A stretch of 64,000 nucleotides of DNA. It comes from Pseudohongiellaceae bacterium (GTDB lineage: Bacteria > Pseudomonadota > Gammaproteobacteria > Pseudomonadales > Pseudohongiellaceae). Below, piece by piece: positions 25,032 to 36,380 of the stretch. Under the pieces are notes generated by a model, which saw nothing but the letters and a program-made list of their open reading frames with translations, did no database searches and was not told the origin of the DNA. Made by a program: the position numbers and the translations under genes. Position 1 is the first letter of the stretch. Each line of letters begins with the position of its first letter. The DNA lies in NCBI GenBank assembly GCA_044338855.1, contig JBIIWP010000002.1, forward strand, positions 3,796 through 67,795, given 5' to 3'.

Positions 25032-26011
25032 TGGAAATCCGTGTCTCCGGGCAACAGCCACCAGTGGTCACGCAGTTCAGCAGGCGCCGGACCGTCTGTC
25101 CAGATGTTGGTGGGAATGCTGACACCCATGTCGCGCTCGGTCCGGCCTTGTGTGGGCAGGCAGTCAGTGAAGGCGGCGGAGCACCAGGTCAGCACGCGCG
25201 CGCAGCCCAATGCCGCAGCTTCTGCCTGGGCAAGCGCCAGCAAGGTCGGGAAACTGCCCGGCGCGCCCAGCAGGTCCATCAGCATGCAGCTGTCGCCGTC
25301 ATGCCGCAGGACGAACACGCCAGCTACTGCCCCGGTGAGGCGCGCGCGGCAGAGCACCACGCGATACTGTCGTTCAGGATGCTCGAGGTAGCGCCAACGT
25401 AGCCAGGCGGGCGTTTTGCTGCCGACGATGTGCTGGGCAAAGCCTTGCTGCAGTTGCTGCCACGCCTGGTCCAGCGCGGCCTCATGGCGGGGAAAATCCG
25501 CTGCAGTAATCATGGTGCGGCGATACAGGTGCTGCGACCAGTGGCGCGCGGCGGGCCAGGCGAGCTCCAGTACTTCGCCAACCGGCGCATAAAAGCCGAG
25601 CAGCTCAGCCAGCTTCATTACGCGGCGATTGGGAAAACCGTAGGCCAGCGGGTAGGGCTTGCCGTAGCCCAGGTAGTGTTGGGCGAATCCGGTGAAGGCG
25701 AGGTAGAAGGGACTGCCACTGCGCACAGCATGGCGCTCACTGGGCGCCACCATGACATCCGTGATCTGCACGGCAGCTGTCTCCTTGCCTTGCCACAGCA
25801 CCTTGCGACCCATACCACCGTAGTGTGCAACGAGTCGCTCGCCGTCGAACACCAGCGTGGCACAGCCGGTGTCACGGGCATATTTCCACTGCCACAGCGC
25901 GGCGCTCATCTCCTGCCCGAATACCTCGTGGAACAGGGCACGCACCTGCGCCGCATCCCCTGCTTGCAGGGTACGGCATGTATAGAGCTTGGTACTGACA
26001 GGAGCGGACAC
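25028..26011 (-). CDS. GNAT-fold acyltransferase (~327 aa, two-lobed)
   Basis: N-terminal pattern LQAGDAAQVRALFHEVFG...WQWKY...GERLVAHYGG...QITDVMVAP is typical of GNAT/Acetyltransf-type proteins as I recall them. No precise subfamily assignable. Confidence 0.55.
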   Translation of the reverse strand: MSAPVSTKLYTCRTLQAGDAAQVRALFHEVFGQEMSAALWQWKYARDTGCATLVFDGERLVAHYGGMGRKVLWQGKETAAVQITDVMVAPSERHAVRSGSPFYLAFTGFAQHYLGYGKPYPLAYGFPNRRVMKLAELLGFYAPVGEVLELAWPAARHWSQHLYRRTMITAADFPRHEAALDQAWQQLQQGFAQHIVGSKTPAWLRWRYLEHPERQYRVVLCRARLTGAVAGVFVLRHDGDSCMLMDLLGAPGSFPTLLALAQAEAAALGCARVLTWCSAAFTDCLPTQGRTERDMGVSIPTNIWTDGPAPAELRDHWWLLPGDTDFQ

Positions 26012-26116
26012 GCCGGGCTTTGACCTTCGCTGCTGGAGGGTGCGGTGGCTGGCGTACCTGGACGCAAGCGCAGCCAGTTAGCCAGATACCTGCAAGCCTG
26101 TAAACCGACGCCGGAC

Positions 26117-28429
26117 TCAGCGCTTGTGCAGCGCATCCTGCAGTAACGAGCCAAAACTGCCAGGACCCTTGGCAGCGGGCTCCGGTACCCGCTTGGGCTG
26201 GGCCGGTTTGCCCGAGTGCTGACCTCTCCCCGCGCTGCCGGCACTGCCCGCAGCAGCCGGTTGCGGCTTGTCGTCCAGGCGCATGGTGAGGCTGATGCGC
26301 TTGCGCTTCTCGTCTACCTCCAGCACTTTTACGCGCACCACATCACCGGTTTTGACCACGCTGTGCGGGTCCTTCACGAAGGTGTTGGACAGCATGGAGA
26401 TGTGCACCAGACCATCCTGATGCACGCCAACGTCGACGAAAGCACCGAAGTTGGTCACGTTGGTAACGGCGCCTTCGAGGATCATGCCGGGCGTAAGGTC
26501 ACGGATCTCGGTGACGCCTTCCATGAAGTCGGCCGACTTGAACTCGGGGCGCGGGTCGCGACCCGGTTTTTCCAGTTCCTGCAGGATGTCCTTCACGGTG
26601 GGCAGGCCTGCCTTGTCCGTCACGAAGTCGGTTGCATTCAGGCCACGCAGGAAACTCGTGTTGCCCATGATCTGTTCAATGTTCTTGCCGGTTTTCGTGA
26701 TGATCTTTTCGACCACGCCGTAGGACTCGGGATGCACGGAGGAGGCATCGAGCGGATTGCTGCCGCCGGTGATGCGCAGGAAGCCAGCGGCCTGTTCAAA
26801 GGCCTTGTCGCCAAGACGCGGTACGGCCTTGAGTGCGGTCCGCGATGCAAAGGCACCGTGCTGGTTGCGATGCACCACTATGTTGGTGGCGATGGAAGAG
26901 GACAGGCCCGATACGCGACGCAGCAGCGCGGCTGAGGCCATGTTCACGTCTACGCCCACCGCGTTCACGCAATCCTCCACCACAGCATCGAGGCTTTGGC
27001 CGAGTTTTACCTGGCTGACATCGTGCTGGTACTGCCCCACACCAATCGATTTTGGCTCGATCTTGACGAGCTCGGCCAAGGGGTCCTGCAAGCGGCGTGC
27101 GATGGAGATGGCACCGCGCACCGTCACGTCCAGATCGGGGAACTCCTCGCGCGCGATGTCGGACGCGGAGTACACAGAAGCACCGGCTTCGTTCACCACC
27201 ATCTTCTTGAGCTTGAATTCAGGATGACGCTTCATCAGGTCGCCGGCCAGCTTGTCGGTTTCACGCGAAGCAGTGCCGTTGCCAATGCTGATCAGCTGGA
27301 TGTCGAACTGCTTGCACAGCTTCGCCAGCGTGGCGATGGAGCCATCCCAGTCATTGCGCGGCGCGTGCGGAAAAATTGCGGTATCCGCCAGATACTTGCC
27401 GGTGTGATCGATAACAGCCACTTTCACGCCCGTACGCAGGCCGGGGTCGAGGCCAAGAATGGCCTTGTGGCCGGCCGGTGCCGACAGCATGATGGCCTTG
27501 AGGTTGGCGGCGAATACGCGAATGGCTTCGAGCTCGCTGTTCTCGCGCAAGGCACCCATCAGATCGGTCTCCATGCGCAGGTGCAGCTTCACCTTCCAGG
27601 TCCAGCGCACAACTTCGTTCAGCCACTTGTCAGCCTTACGGCCCTTGTCGCTGATCTGCACATGCTGCGCGACGATGGCTTCACAGGGATCGCTCTGGCC
27701 TTCTGCAAGACCTTGCACGCCGATGCTGGCGTTCAGCATGCCTTCGTGGCGGCCGCGGAACACGGCGAGCGCACGGTGCGAGGGAACCTTGGACAGCAGT
27801 TCCGCATAGGCGAAGTAGTCGCGGAACTTCTCTGCCTCGGTTTCCTTGCCGGCGATGACACTGCTGCGCAGTTCGCCGTGCTGCTGGAGAAATTCGCGCA
27901 GCTTGCCGGCCAGTTGGGCGTCCTCACTGAAGCGCTCCATCAGGATGTAGCGTGCGCCTTCCAGCACCGCCTTCACATCAGCGAAGCCCTGCTCGACATT
28001 GATATAGCCCTCGGCAGCAAGCTGCGGATCGGTGTCGGGCTCGGCATACAAGAGGTTCGCCAGTGGCTCGATGCCGGCTTCGATGGCCTTCAGCCCTTTG
28101 CTGGTGCGTTTGGGCTTGTAGGGCAGGTAAAGATCTTCCAGTTCGGTCTTGGTGGCAGCGGCCTTGATCAGCTTCGCCAGCTCCGGTGTCAGCTTCTGCT
28201 GTTCGTCGATGCTCTTGAGAATGCTGTCGCGACGCTCTTCCAGTTCGCGCAGGTAGCGCAGGCGGTCTTCCAGGTTGCGTAACTGCAGGTCGTCGAGTCC
28301 ATCGGTGGCCTCCTTGCGGTAACGCGAGATGAAGGGCACGGTGGAGCCTTCGTCCAGCAGCGCTACGGCGGCAATGACCTGCGAGGGTTTGACGGAAAGT
28401 TCGGCGGCGATTGTGGCGATGATATCCAT
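26117..28429 (-). CDS. tex: Transcription accessory protein Tex (S1 RNA-binding domain protein)
   Basis: [16 protein letters not shown]-terminal motif, a YqgF/HhH region and a C-terminal S1 domain ([26 protein letters not shown]). Confidence 0.9.
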   Translation of the reverse strand: MDIIATIAAELSVKPSQVIAAVALLDEGSTVPFISRYRKEATDGLDDLQLRNLEDRLRYLRELEERRDSILKSIDEQQKLTPELAKLIKAAATKTELEDLYLPYKPKRTSKGLKAIEAGIEPLANLLYAEPDTDPQLAAEGYINVEQGFADVKAVLEGARYILMERFSEDAQLAGKLREFLQQHGELRSSVIAGKETEAEKFRDYFAYAELLSKVPSHRALAVFRGRHEGMLNASIGVQGLAEGQSDPCEAIVAQHVQISDKGRKADKWLNEVVRWTWKVKLHLRMETDLMGALRENSELEAIRVFAANLKAIMLSAPAGHKAILGLDPGLRTGVKVAVIDHTGKYLADTAIFPHAPRNDWDGSIATLAKLCKQFDIQLISIGNGTASRETDKLAGDLMKRHPEFKLKKMVVNEAGASVYSASDIAREEFPDLDVTVRGAISIARRLQDPLAELVKIEPKSIGVGQYQHDVSQVKLGQSLDAVVEDCVNAVGVDVNMASAALLRRVSGLSSSIATNIVVHRNQHGAFASRTALKAVPRLGDKAFEQAAGFLRITGGSNPLDASSVHPESYGVVEKIITKTGKNIEQIMGNTSFLRGLNATDFVTDKAGLPTVKDILQELEKPGRDPRPEFKSADFMEGVTEIRDLTPGMILEGAVTNVTNFGAFVDVGVHQDGLVHISMLSNTFVKDPHSVVKTGDVVRVKVLEVDEKRKRISLTMRLDDKPQPAAAGSAGSAGRGQHSGKPAQPKRVPEPAAKGPGSFGSLLQDALHKR

Positions 28430-28840
28430 ACTGCTACTTCGTGTTGCGGGGGCTCGGCAGGCCGTGCCCGGGACTGAAAGGAGCCTGCATTTTCAGGGCT
28501 GGGCGCGGGGGAGTAAAGCGGCAAGAACGAGGTTCTACCCAGATTCAGGAGGCTCGCGGCTTGACTTGCCAAATGAGATGGAACTGGAGTGCTGCGGTGG
28601 CAGTCGAGCGGCTTGAGGAGCCAGTGACCGGTTCTTCTCGCCAAGTTCGCCAAGGGGCCAAGGCGCCAAGAGTGATGTGATTGATTCAACCATGGCGCCA
28701 GCTTGAACATTCGGGATGCGTGAGCGAATAACTGCTGCCCCTCCCAGAATCCCCCACGAAACAAAGGTAACCTCGGCGCTCGAAGCCCACCCCACCCGAC
28801 CAGCGCAACAGTCCTTCAGGTAGAGCTGAATTCCGGACAT

Positions 28841-28868
28841 AAAAAACCCGGATCTCTCCGGGTTTTTT
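28841..28868. terminator. Bidirectional rho-independent terminator
   Basis: AAAAAA-CCCGGA-TCTC-TCCGGG-TTTTTT, 28 nt downstream of the ligM-like stop. Confidence 0.8.
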
Positions 28869-28895
28869 CGAGCGTGAGGAACAAGCCTGAGCTTG

Positions 28896-30335
<1,440 letters not shown>

Positions 30336-30498
30336 TTACACGGTAGAGGGTGCCTTTGCAATCTGCGGAACCCCCGAGACAACTGCGTTACCACCCGGAA
30401 TCCCGACCATCCGCAGGGTTTATTTTTGAACGAAAGCCAACCTTTTGACGACCCTGATGGTGGCCGTCGCTCGCCTGAAAATTCTACTCTTTTTGAGA

Positions 30499-31929
30499 CT
30501 AGGCGGCCGGACTGAAGCCCAGCAGTGACTTGTACTCCAGGAACTCGCCAAAGGCCTGGTCCCCGAACTCGCGACCGTTGCCAGAGTGCTTGTAGCCTCC
30601 GAACGGCACGTTCAGGTCCAGCCCTGCATTGTTCAGACTGATGTACCCGGCACGGATGCGTGCGGCTATGGCACGGGCGTGGCCGATGTCCTTGCTGTGG
30701 ACGTAGCCCCCCAGGCCATACTCGGTGTCGTTTGCGATCTCGATCGCCTCGTCTTCGGTGTCGTAGCCGATGATGCTCAGCACCGGACCAAAGATTTCTT
30801 CCCTGGCGATCTCCATGTCGTTCTCCACGTCACGGAAGACCGTAGGCTTGACGTAATAGCCCTTGTCGAGTCCTTCCGGTTTGCCCGGACCACCGGTCAC
30901 GAGGCGGGCCCCTGCGTTGATGCCACTGGTTATGAGTTGCTGGATCTTGTTCCACTGGGCCTGCGAGATAACTGGTCCCATGCGGCTGTCGGCAGCGGGA
31001 TCACCCGGTTTCCAGGTCTCCGCGGCGTCCTTCGCGATGGCGCAGACCTCATCCATCAGCGCATTGGGCACCAGCATGCGTGTAGGTGCCCGGCAGCTTT
31101 GCCCGGAATTCATCATGATGCCGTTGATGCCGCCGGTGACCGCAGCCTTTAGGTCGGCGTCGGCCAGCACGATGTTGGGCGACTTGCCGCCAAGTTCCTG
31201 ATGCACGCGCTTCACGGTCTTTGCCGCAGCCTGTGCCACCTGGATGCCGGCGCGGGTGGAGCCGGTGATGGAGATCATGTCGACCTTCGGGTGCTCGGCC
31301 AGCGCCTGGCCCACAACAGGGCCTTCGCCCTGCACAAGGTTGAAAACACCGGTGGGAACGCCTGCGGCATGCAGTATCTCGGCGAAGATCTGCCCGGAAA
31401 ACGGTGCGATTTCGGAGGGCTTGAGCACTACGGTGCAGCCAGTGGCCAGAGCCGGCGCAACCTTGGCGCAGATCTGGTGGATGGGCCAGTTCCATGGCGT
31501 GATGAAAGCGCAAACCCCGATCGGTTCCTGGATCACGCGGCTGGTGCCGCGATCTTCTTCGAAGCTGTAGGTTTCCAGAATGCGGCGCGCGGTCTTGAAG
31601 TGATTGACGCCGATCGCGGCCTGGGTGCCGTGGGCCAGCCACTTGGGCGCGCCCATTTCTTCCATGATGGCGTCACCAAGTTCAGGCACGCGCTTTTCAA
31701 ATTCGGCGATGATGCGGTCGAGTAAAGCGAGGCGCTCTTCCCGCGTGGTGCGCGAGTAGCTGCCAAAGGCCTTGGCGGCAGCCTGCACGGCCTTGTCCAC
31801 ATCGGCGGCAGATCCAAGGCTGATGTGCCCGGCAACTGCCTCGGTTGCCGGATTGCTGACATCAAGGGTACTTGCGGTAACGGGATCGACCCATTGCCCG
31901 TTGATGTAGAACTGCTTGTATTCCCGCAT
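30499..31929 (-). CDS. NAD(P)-dependent aldehyde dehydrogenase
   Basis: ALDH catalytic motifs ELGGKSP and SGQSCRAPTR. ATG 31929 (MREYKQFYINGQWVD) is preferred; the upstream ORF extension to 32052 runs into a REP element. Confidence 0.85.
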   Translation of the reverse strand: MREYKQFYINGQWVDPVTASTLDVSNPATEAVAGHISLGSAADVDKAVQAAAKAFGSYSRTTREERLALLDRIIAEFEKRVPELGDAIMEEMGAPKWLAHGTQAAIGVNHFKTARRILETYSFEEDRGTSRVIQEPIGVCAFITPWNWPIHQICAKVAPALATGCTVVLKPSEIAPFSGQIFAEILHAAGVPTGVFNLVQGEGPVVGQALAEHPKVDMISITGSTRAGIQVAQAAAKTVKRVHQELGGKSPNIVLADADLKAAVTGGINGIMMNSGQSCRAPTRMLVPNALMDEVCAIAKDAAETWKPGDPAADSRMGPVISQAQWNKIQQLITSGINAGARLVTGGPGKPEGLDKGYYVKPTVFRDVENDMEIAREEIFGPVLSIIGYDTEDEAIEIANDTEYGLGGYVHSKDIGHARAIAARIRAGYISLNNAGLDLNVPFGGYKHSGNGREFGDQAFGEFLEYKSLLGFSPAA

Positions 31930-32014
31930 TTCTGGTACGTCTCCGGCACTGCAAAAGGGGCGCAAGTATAAACGCCATGCCGGACCTTGGCCATTCCATG
32001 CCTGGTGTAACACC

Positions 32015-32078
32015 GTAGGGGCGGGCGCGGGGGTAAGAGTCAATCGGACCACGGGCGGGCGCGGCGGCCCGCCCCTAC
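32015..32078. repeat. REP-type extragenic palindrome pair (GTAGGGGCGGGC...GCCCGCCCCTAC)
   Basis: GTAGGGGCGGGCGCGGGGG-taagaGTCAATCGGACCACGGGCGGGCGCGG-CGGCCCGCCCCTAC. The same modules recur at 54666-54774. Confidence 0.8.
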
Positions 32079-32557
32079 AGGGCGAGGTGGGAGGTCTGAA
32101 GGATCAGCCAGGCGAAGCTGCCGGCAACGGCGTCGTCGAGCATGATGCCGAGACCACCGTGGATGTGGCGGTCGAGGTAATTGATCGGGAAGGGTTTGAG
32201 GATGTCGAACAGGCGGAACAGCAGGAAGCCGGCAAGCAGCCACTGCCAGCCTTCCGGCGCGGCCACCATGGTGAGCCAGAAGCCCACGAACTCGTCCCAG
32301 ACGATGCCGCCGTGGTCGTGAACACCCAGATCGCGCGAGGTGCGCTCGCACAGCCAGATGCCGACGCCAAACGCCAGCACCACTGCCAGCAGGTACAGTG
32401 CCAGCGGCAGTTGCGCCAGCAGCAGATACAAGGGCACCGCTGCCAGGGTACCGAAGGTTCCGGGGGCGACCGGTGCAGCGCCACTGCCCAGCCCGAAGGC
32501 CAAAAAATGCACAGGATTGCGGAACACGGACGCGGGTGCCTGGTTCATTCTTTTCAT
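32075..32557 (-). CDS. pgpA: Phosphatidylglycerophosphatase A
   Basis: FLAFGLGSGAAPVAPGTFGTLAAVPLY...GVHDHGGIVWDEFVGFW...ILKPFPI, typical PgpA. Follows thiL as in many gammaproteobacteria. Confidence 0.9.
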   Translation of the reverse strand: MKRMNQAPASVFRNPVHFLAFGLGSGAAPVAPGTFGTLAAVPLYLLLAQLPLALYLLAVVLAFGVGIWLCERTSRDLGVHDHGGIVWDEFVGFWLTMVAAPEGWQWLLAGFLLFRLFDILKPFPINYLDRHIHGGLGIMLDDAVAGSFAWLILQTSHLAL

Positions 32558-32567
32558 GGGCGGCTGC

Positions 32568-33551
32568 TCAACGGAAATGCTCGAAGCCGGCCACGTCGAA
32601 GGCGAGCGCGCGACCACTCAGGTCCAGCACCTCGACGCCCTCCCCCTTGCTGACCTGGCCGATGCGGCTTACGCGTACGCCGGTCTTGCGGGCGGCAGCA
32701 GCGATGGCTTTGCGCTTGCCGGGAGCGGCCGTGAAGATCAATTCGTAGTCGTCGCCAGCCGTCATGGCGAGGCGGAACACTTCACTGGAATCGCGGTTGC
32801 GCGTCAGTACGCCGGCCAACGGTATCGCCGCAATGTCCACGCTGATCTTGACCTTGCTGGCGGCGGCCAGCCGCGACAGATCGATGAGCAGGCCATCAGA
32901 AACATCCTGCATTGCACCCACCCGCTTGTGCAGTGCCTGCCCCAGCGCCAGGCGCGGCTCGGGCCGGTAATAGGCGTCCATCAGTTCCTGCCTCTGCATC
33001 GAATCCAGCCCGGGACATTGGCCTTGCAACAACTCCAGCGCCAAACCAGCGCGTCCCGGCTCGCCCGAGACATAGACGTCATGGCCCGGTCGTGCCTTGC
33101 TGCGCAGCAAGGCCTCGCCCGTCGGCACCAACCCCTGGACCTGGATGGCGATCTGCAGCGGCCCACGCGCAAGGTTGCCGCCAATAAGCGGACAGCCATA
33201 ACGTTGCGAACTTTCCCGCAGGCCTCGCACAAAAGCACCGAGCCATGGCTCATCGATGGCAGGCAGGGTGAGGCCCAACATGAAACAGTGGGGAACGGCG
33301 CCCATCGCCGCGAGGTCGCTGAGGTTCACGGCCAGCGCGCGCTGCGCCACCAGATCGGCCGGTGCGTTGGGAGGGAAGTGCACACCTTCCACCAGTACGT
33401 CCATGCTCAGCGCCAGTTGCTGGCCACGCGGGACAGTGATCAGCGCGCAGTCGTCACCGATGCCCAGTACCACGCCCTTGTGCGCAGCGGGATCCGCGGC
33501 CAGTCCAGCTTGCTGGAAATAGCGCGCGATGATGTCGAATTCACTTGGCAT
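32568..33551 (-). CDS. thiL: Thiamine-monophosphate kinase
   Basis: MPSEFDIIARYF...GIGDDCALI...MDVLVEGVHF...AVNLSDLAAMGA. The start overlaps the nusB 3' end by 11 nt. Confidence 0.9.
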   Translation of the reverse strand: MPSEFDIIARYFQQAGLAADPAAHKGVVLGIGDDCALITVPRGQQLALSMDVLVEGVHFPPNAPADLVAQRALAVNLSDLAAMGAVPHCFMLGLTLPAIDEPWLGAFVRGLRESSQRYGCPLIGGNLARGPLQIAIQVQGLVPTGEALLRSKARPGHDVYVSGEPGRAGLALELLQGQCPGLDSMQRQELMDAYYRPEPRLALGQALHKRVGAMQDVSDGLLIDLSRLAAASKVKISVDIAAIPLAGVLTRNRDSSEVFRLAMTAGDDYELIFTAAPGKRKAIAAAARKTGVRVSRIGQVSKGEGVEVLDLSGRALAFDVAGFEHFR

Positions 33552-33987
33552 TGATTTCCAGCGCACGCAGTTGCTGCGCCGCCTTGTCGAGCACACCGTT
33601 GACGAACTTGTGGCTTTCGGCGGCGCCGTATTTCTTGGCAAGCTCTACGCATTCGTTGATGACAACCTTGTAAGGTACGTCGATGCGCCTGGCCAACTCG
33701 AAGCTGCCAAGGCGCAGGATGCCGATCTCGATCGGATCAAGCTGCGTGACATCCCGGTCGACGATGTGTGGGAGGAACAACACATCGATTTCCTGCGGAA
33801 TCTCGATGATGGTACTGAGCGCATGATGAAAGTAGTCCCAGTCCACCTTGCGGCCGTTGTCGGCGCGGAACTCGGCTTCGATCTGATCTGCCGGGCTCTG
33901 TGACAGCTGCCATTGGTACAGGGCCTGAACCAGCAGGTCGCGTGCACGCTTGCGGTGGGAAATCGGAACGGCGCCGTGCTTGCTCAT
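33541..33987 (-). CDS. nusB: Transcription antitermination factor NusB
   Basis: RKRARDLLVQALYQWQLS...INECVELAKKYG...FVNGVLDK. ATG 33987 preferred. Confidence 0.9.
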   Translation of the reverse strand: MSKHGAVPISHRKRARDLLVQALYQWQLSQSPADQIEAEFRADNGRKVDWDYFHHALSTIIEIPQEIDVLFLPHIVDRDVTQLDPIEIGILRLGSFELARRIDVPYKVVINECVELAKKYGAAESHKFVNGVLDKAAQQLRALEINAK

Positions 33988-34018
33988 GCGGTGGTTCTCG
34001 TTGGGAGCTGCGCCATGT

Positions 34019-34495
34019 TCAGGCATCGAGCTTGCGCAGCAGGCTGCACAGTTCGATGGCGGTCATGGCAGCGTCAGCGCCCTTGTTGCCGGCCTTGGTG
34101 CCAGCACGTTCGATGGCCTGCTCGATACTGTCGGTGGTCAGCACGCCGAACACGACGGGTAGGTTGGCACTCATGCCTACCTGGCCGAGGCCCTTGGCGC
34201 ATTCGCCGGCCACGTAGTCGAAATGGGGTGTGCCACCACGGATCACGGCGCCCAGCGCGATGATCGCATCGTACTTGCCGGACTCGGCGAGGCGCTTGGC
34301 CACCAGCGGCAACTCCCAGGCACCGGGCACTTTCACCACGGTGATGTTCTTGTCGGAAACGCCATGGCGGCTCAGTGTGTCAATGGCACCAGCCTGCAGG
34401 CTGTCCACGATGAAACTATTGAAGCGCGCCACGACGATGGCGTAGTTGGCAGAGCCGGCGCTGAAATCGCCTTCGATGGTCTTGATGGTGCTCAT
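34019..34495 (-). CDS. ribH: 6,7-dimethyl-8-ribityllumazine synthase
   Basis: [11 protein letters not shown]...VPGAWELP...[17 protein letters not shown]...GVLTT. Confidence 0.92.
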   Translation of the reverse strand: MSTIKTIEGDFSAGSANYAIVVARFNSFIVDSLQAGAIDTLSRHGVSDKNITVVKVPGAWELPLVAKRLAESGKYDAIIALGAVIRGGTPHFDYVAGECAKGLGQVGMSANLPVVFGVLTTDSIEQAIERAGTKAGNKGADAAMTAIELCSLLRKLDA

Positions 34496-34537
34496 CGTCT
34501 TTCCTTCTTTGGCTGTTTGCGTTTTACGGATTGCGTT

Positions 34538-35656
34538 TCATTCTTCGCGAGAGATGTATTCCACCACTTCCAGCTCGAAACCGGAGATGGCGTACTTGGT
34601 AGGGTAGCTGAGCAGGCGCAGCTTGGTGACACCGAGATCACGCAGGATCTGCGAGCCGGTACCCACCGTGAGATAGTTGCCTTGCGGCGCAGGGCGCGGT
34701 ATGCCGCCTTCGGCTTGCGCCTTGATGCGCTCGAGCTGCTCGACCACATCTCCACTGCCCACATCGTTGGCCAATACTACCACAACGCCCCGGCCTTCCC
34801 GGGCGATGCGCGCCATGGCCTGGTGCAGCGACCAGCTTGGACGCACGGGATTGGCGACACCGAGCAGATCCCGCACGGTATCGGTGACAAGGACGCGCGC
34901 CATGACCGGCTCCGGCGTCTGGATGTCACCTTTCACCAGCGCAAGATGCGTCTGCTTGCCGGCTTCATGCAGGCCACGGTAGCAGTACACCTCAAACTCG
35001 CCATGCTCGGTTGGCAGGCGGTAGCTGTGCGTGCGCTCCACGGTTTTCTCGGTGTTCATGCGGTGGTGGATCAGGTCCATGATGGTGCCGATCTTCAACC
35101 CGTGCTGTTGTGCGAACTTCTCGAGGTCGGCGCGGCGTGCCATGGTGCCGTCGGCATTCATCACTTCGCAGATCGCTGCCGCCGGCGTAAAGCCGGCAAG
35201 ACGCGCAAGGTCGCAACCGGCTTCAGTATGCCCGGCGCGACGCAGCACGCCACCGTCCTTCGCCATTACCGGAAAGATGTGGCCAGGCGTGACGAGATCA
35301 ACGGGCCTCGCATCGCGCGCCACGGCTGCCTGGATGGTGCGGGCACGATCCGCTGCGGAAATGCCGGTAGTCACGCCTTCAGCAGCTTCGATGGAAATGG
35401 TGAAATTGCAGCCGAACGGTGTCTGGTTGTTCTGCACCATCGGCACCAGGTTCAACTGGCGGCAGCGCTCCTGCGTCAGTGTCAGGCAGATGAGCCCACG
35501 TGCATGCGTGGCCATGAAGTTGATGTCATCGGCGCGGATGCAATCCGCCGCGATGACAAGATCGCCTTCGTTCTCGCGGTCCTCGTCATCCATCAGGACA
35601 ACCATCTTGCCCTGGCGGAAGTCCTCGAGGATTTCTTCGATCGTGTTCAGTTGCAT
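34538..35656 (-). CDS. ribB: 3,4-dihydroxy-2-butanone-4-phosphate synthase fused to a degenerate GTP cyclohydrolase II-like domain (RibBA/RibBX type)
   Basis: DHBP synthase motifs MDDEDRENEGDLV and TGISAADRA. The C-terminal domain lacks the HSEC...CDCG zinc/cysteine motifs (it reads ARVLVTDTVRDLLG). Confidence 0.88.
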   Translation of the reverse strand: MQLNTIEEILEDFRQGKMVVLMDDEDRENEGDLVIAADCIRADDINFMATHARGLICLTLTQERCRQLNLVPMVQNNQTPFGCNFTISIEAAEGVTTGISAADRARTIQAAVARDARPVDLVTPGHIFPVMAKDGGVLRRAGHTEAGCDLARLAGFTPAAAICEVMNADGTMARRADLEKFAQQHGLKIGTIMDLIHHRMNTEKTVERTHSYRLPTEHGEFEVYCYRGLHEAGKQTHLALVKGDIQTPEPVMARVLVTDTVRDLLGVANPVRPSWSLHQAMARIAREGRGVVVVLANDVGSGDVVEQLERIKAQAEGGIPRPAPQGNYLTVGTGSQILRDLGVTKLRLLSYPTKYAISGFELEVVEYISREE

Positions 35657-35690
35657 GCTGCGTTCCAGTCGCCGCGGCGACCCCAGGTTG

Positions 35691-36347
35691 TCAATATTTT
35701 GCCGTGAAGCCCGCCGCAGCGAGCTTTTCCAGAGTCAGTCCTTCGTAAGTACTGCCGCCGCCACTCAGCAGGCGCTCCAGATAACGTGCGATCACATCCA
35801 CTTCCAGATTGACGCGACGACCGGCCTTGTACAGATGCAGCGTAGTGCGCTGTGCGGTATGCGGAATGATGTTCACGCCGAACTCGTTGTCGCTGACCTC
35901 ATTGACCGTCAGGCTGGTGCCGTCGATGCAAATGGAGCCCTTGTGCGCGATGTAGCGCGCCAGCTCCGGCGGAACGCGGAACACCAGTCGCTCGCTGCGC
36001 CCATCGGCGCGGCGGCTCACGAGCTCACCCACGCCATCCACATGGCCACTGACGATATGTCCACCGAGGCGACTTTCCGGCGTCAGCGCCTTCTCGAGAT
36101 TCACCAGTTCGCCCTGCTGCCAGGCCCCCATCGTGGTGCAGGCCAGCGTCTCGCGCGACACGTCAGCCACGAAGGCCTGCGGCTGCAGCTCTACCACGGT
36201 CAGGCAGATGCCGCTGACAGCAATGCTGTCGCCCAGCTGCACATCGGCGAAATCCAGCCCGGGGCTCATTATGGTCAGGCGCCAGTCACCCCCGGAGATC
36301 CGGATGGCGCCAACAGTGCCAGTGGTTGCGATGATGCCGGTGAACAA
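35691..36347 (-). CDS. ribE: Riboflavin synthase (alpha chain)
   Basis: MFTGIIATTGTV... duplicated lumazine-binding repeats (GDSIAVSGICLTV / GSICIDGTSLTV). Confidence 0.9.
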   Translation of the reverse strand: MFTGIIATTGTVGAIRISGGDWRLTIMSPGLDFADVQLGDSIAVSGICLTVVELQPQAFVADVSRETLACTTMGAWQQGELVNLEKALTPESRLGGHIVSGHVDGVGELVSRRADGRSERLVFRVPPELARYIAHKGSICIDGTSLTVNEVSDNEFGVNIIPHTAQRTTLHLYKAGRRVNLEVDVIARYLERLLSGGGSTYEGLTLEKLAAAGFTAKY

Positions 36348-36380
36348 GGGAGCGCCTCGACTGCCAGGACCCGCACGCCT

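Noticed and set aside
28430-28840. Known structured RNAs (tmRNA, RNase P RNA, 6S RNA, SRP RNA) in the long tex-ligM spacer
   Set aside because: None of the diagnostic strings is present on either strand (GGGGCTGA...TCCACCA, GAGGAAAGTCCGGGC, GGTCAGGTCCGGAAGGAAGCAGCC). The spacer is kept only as an unexplained region.
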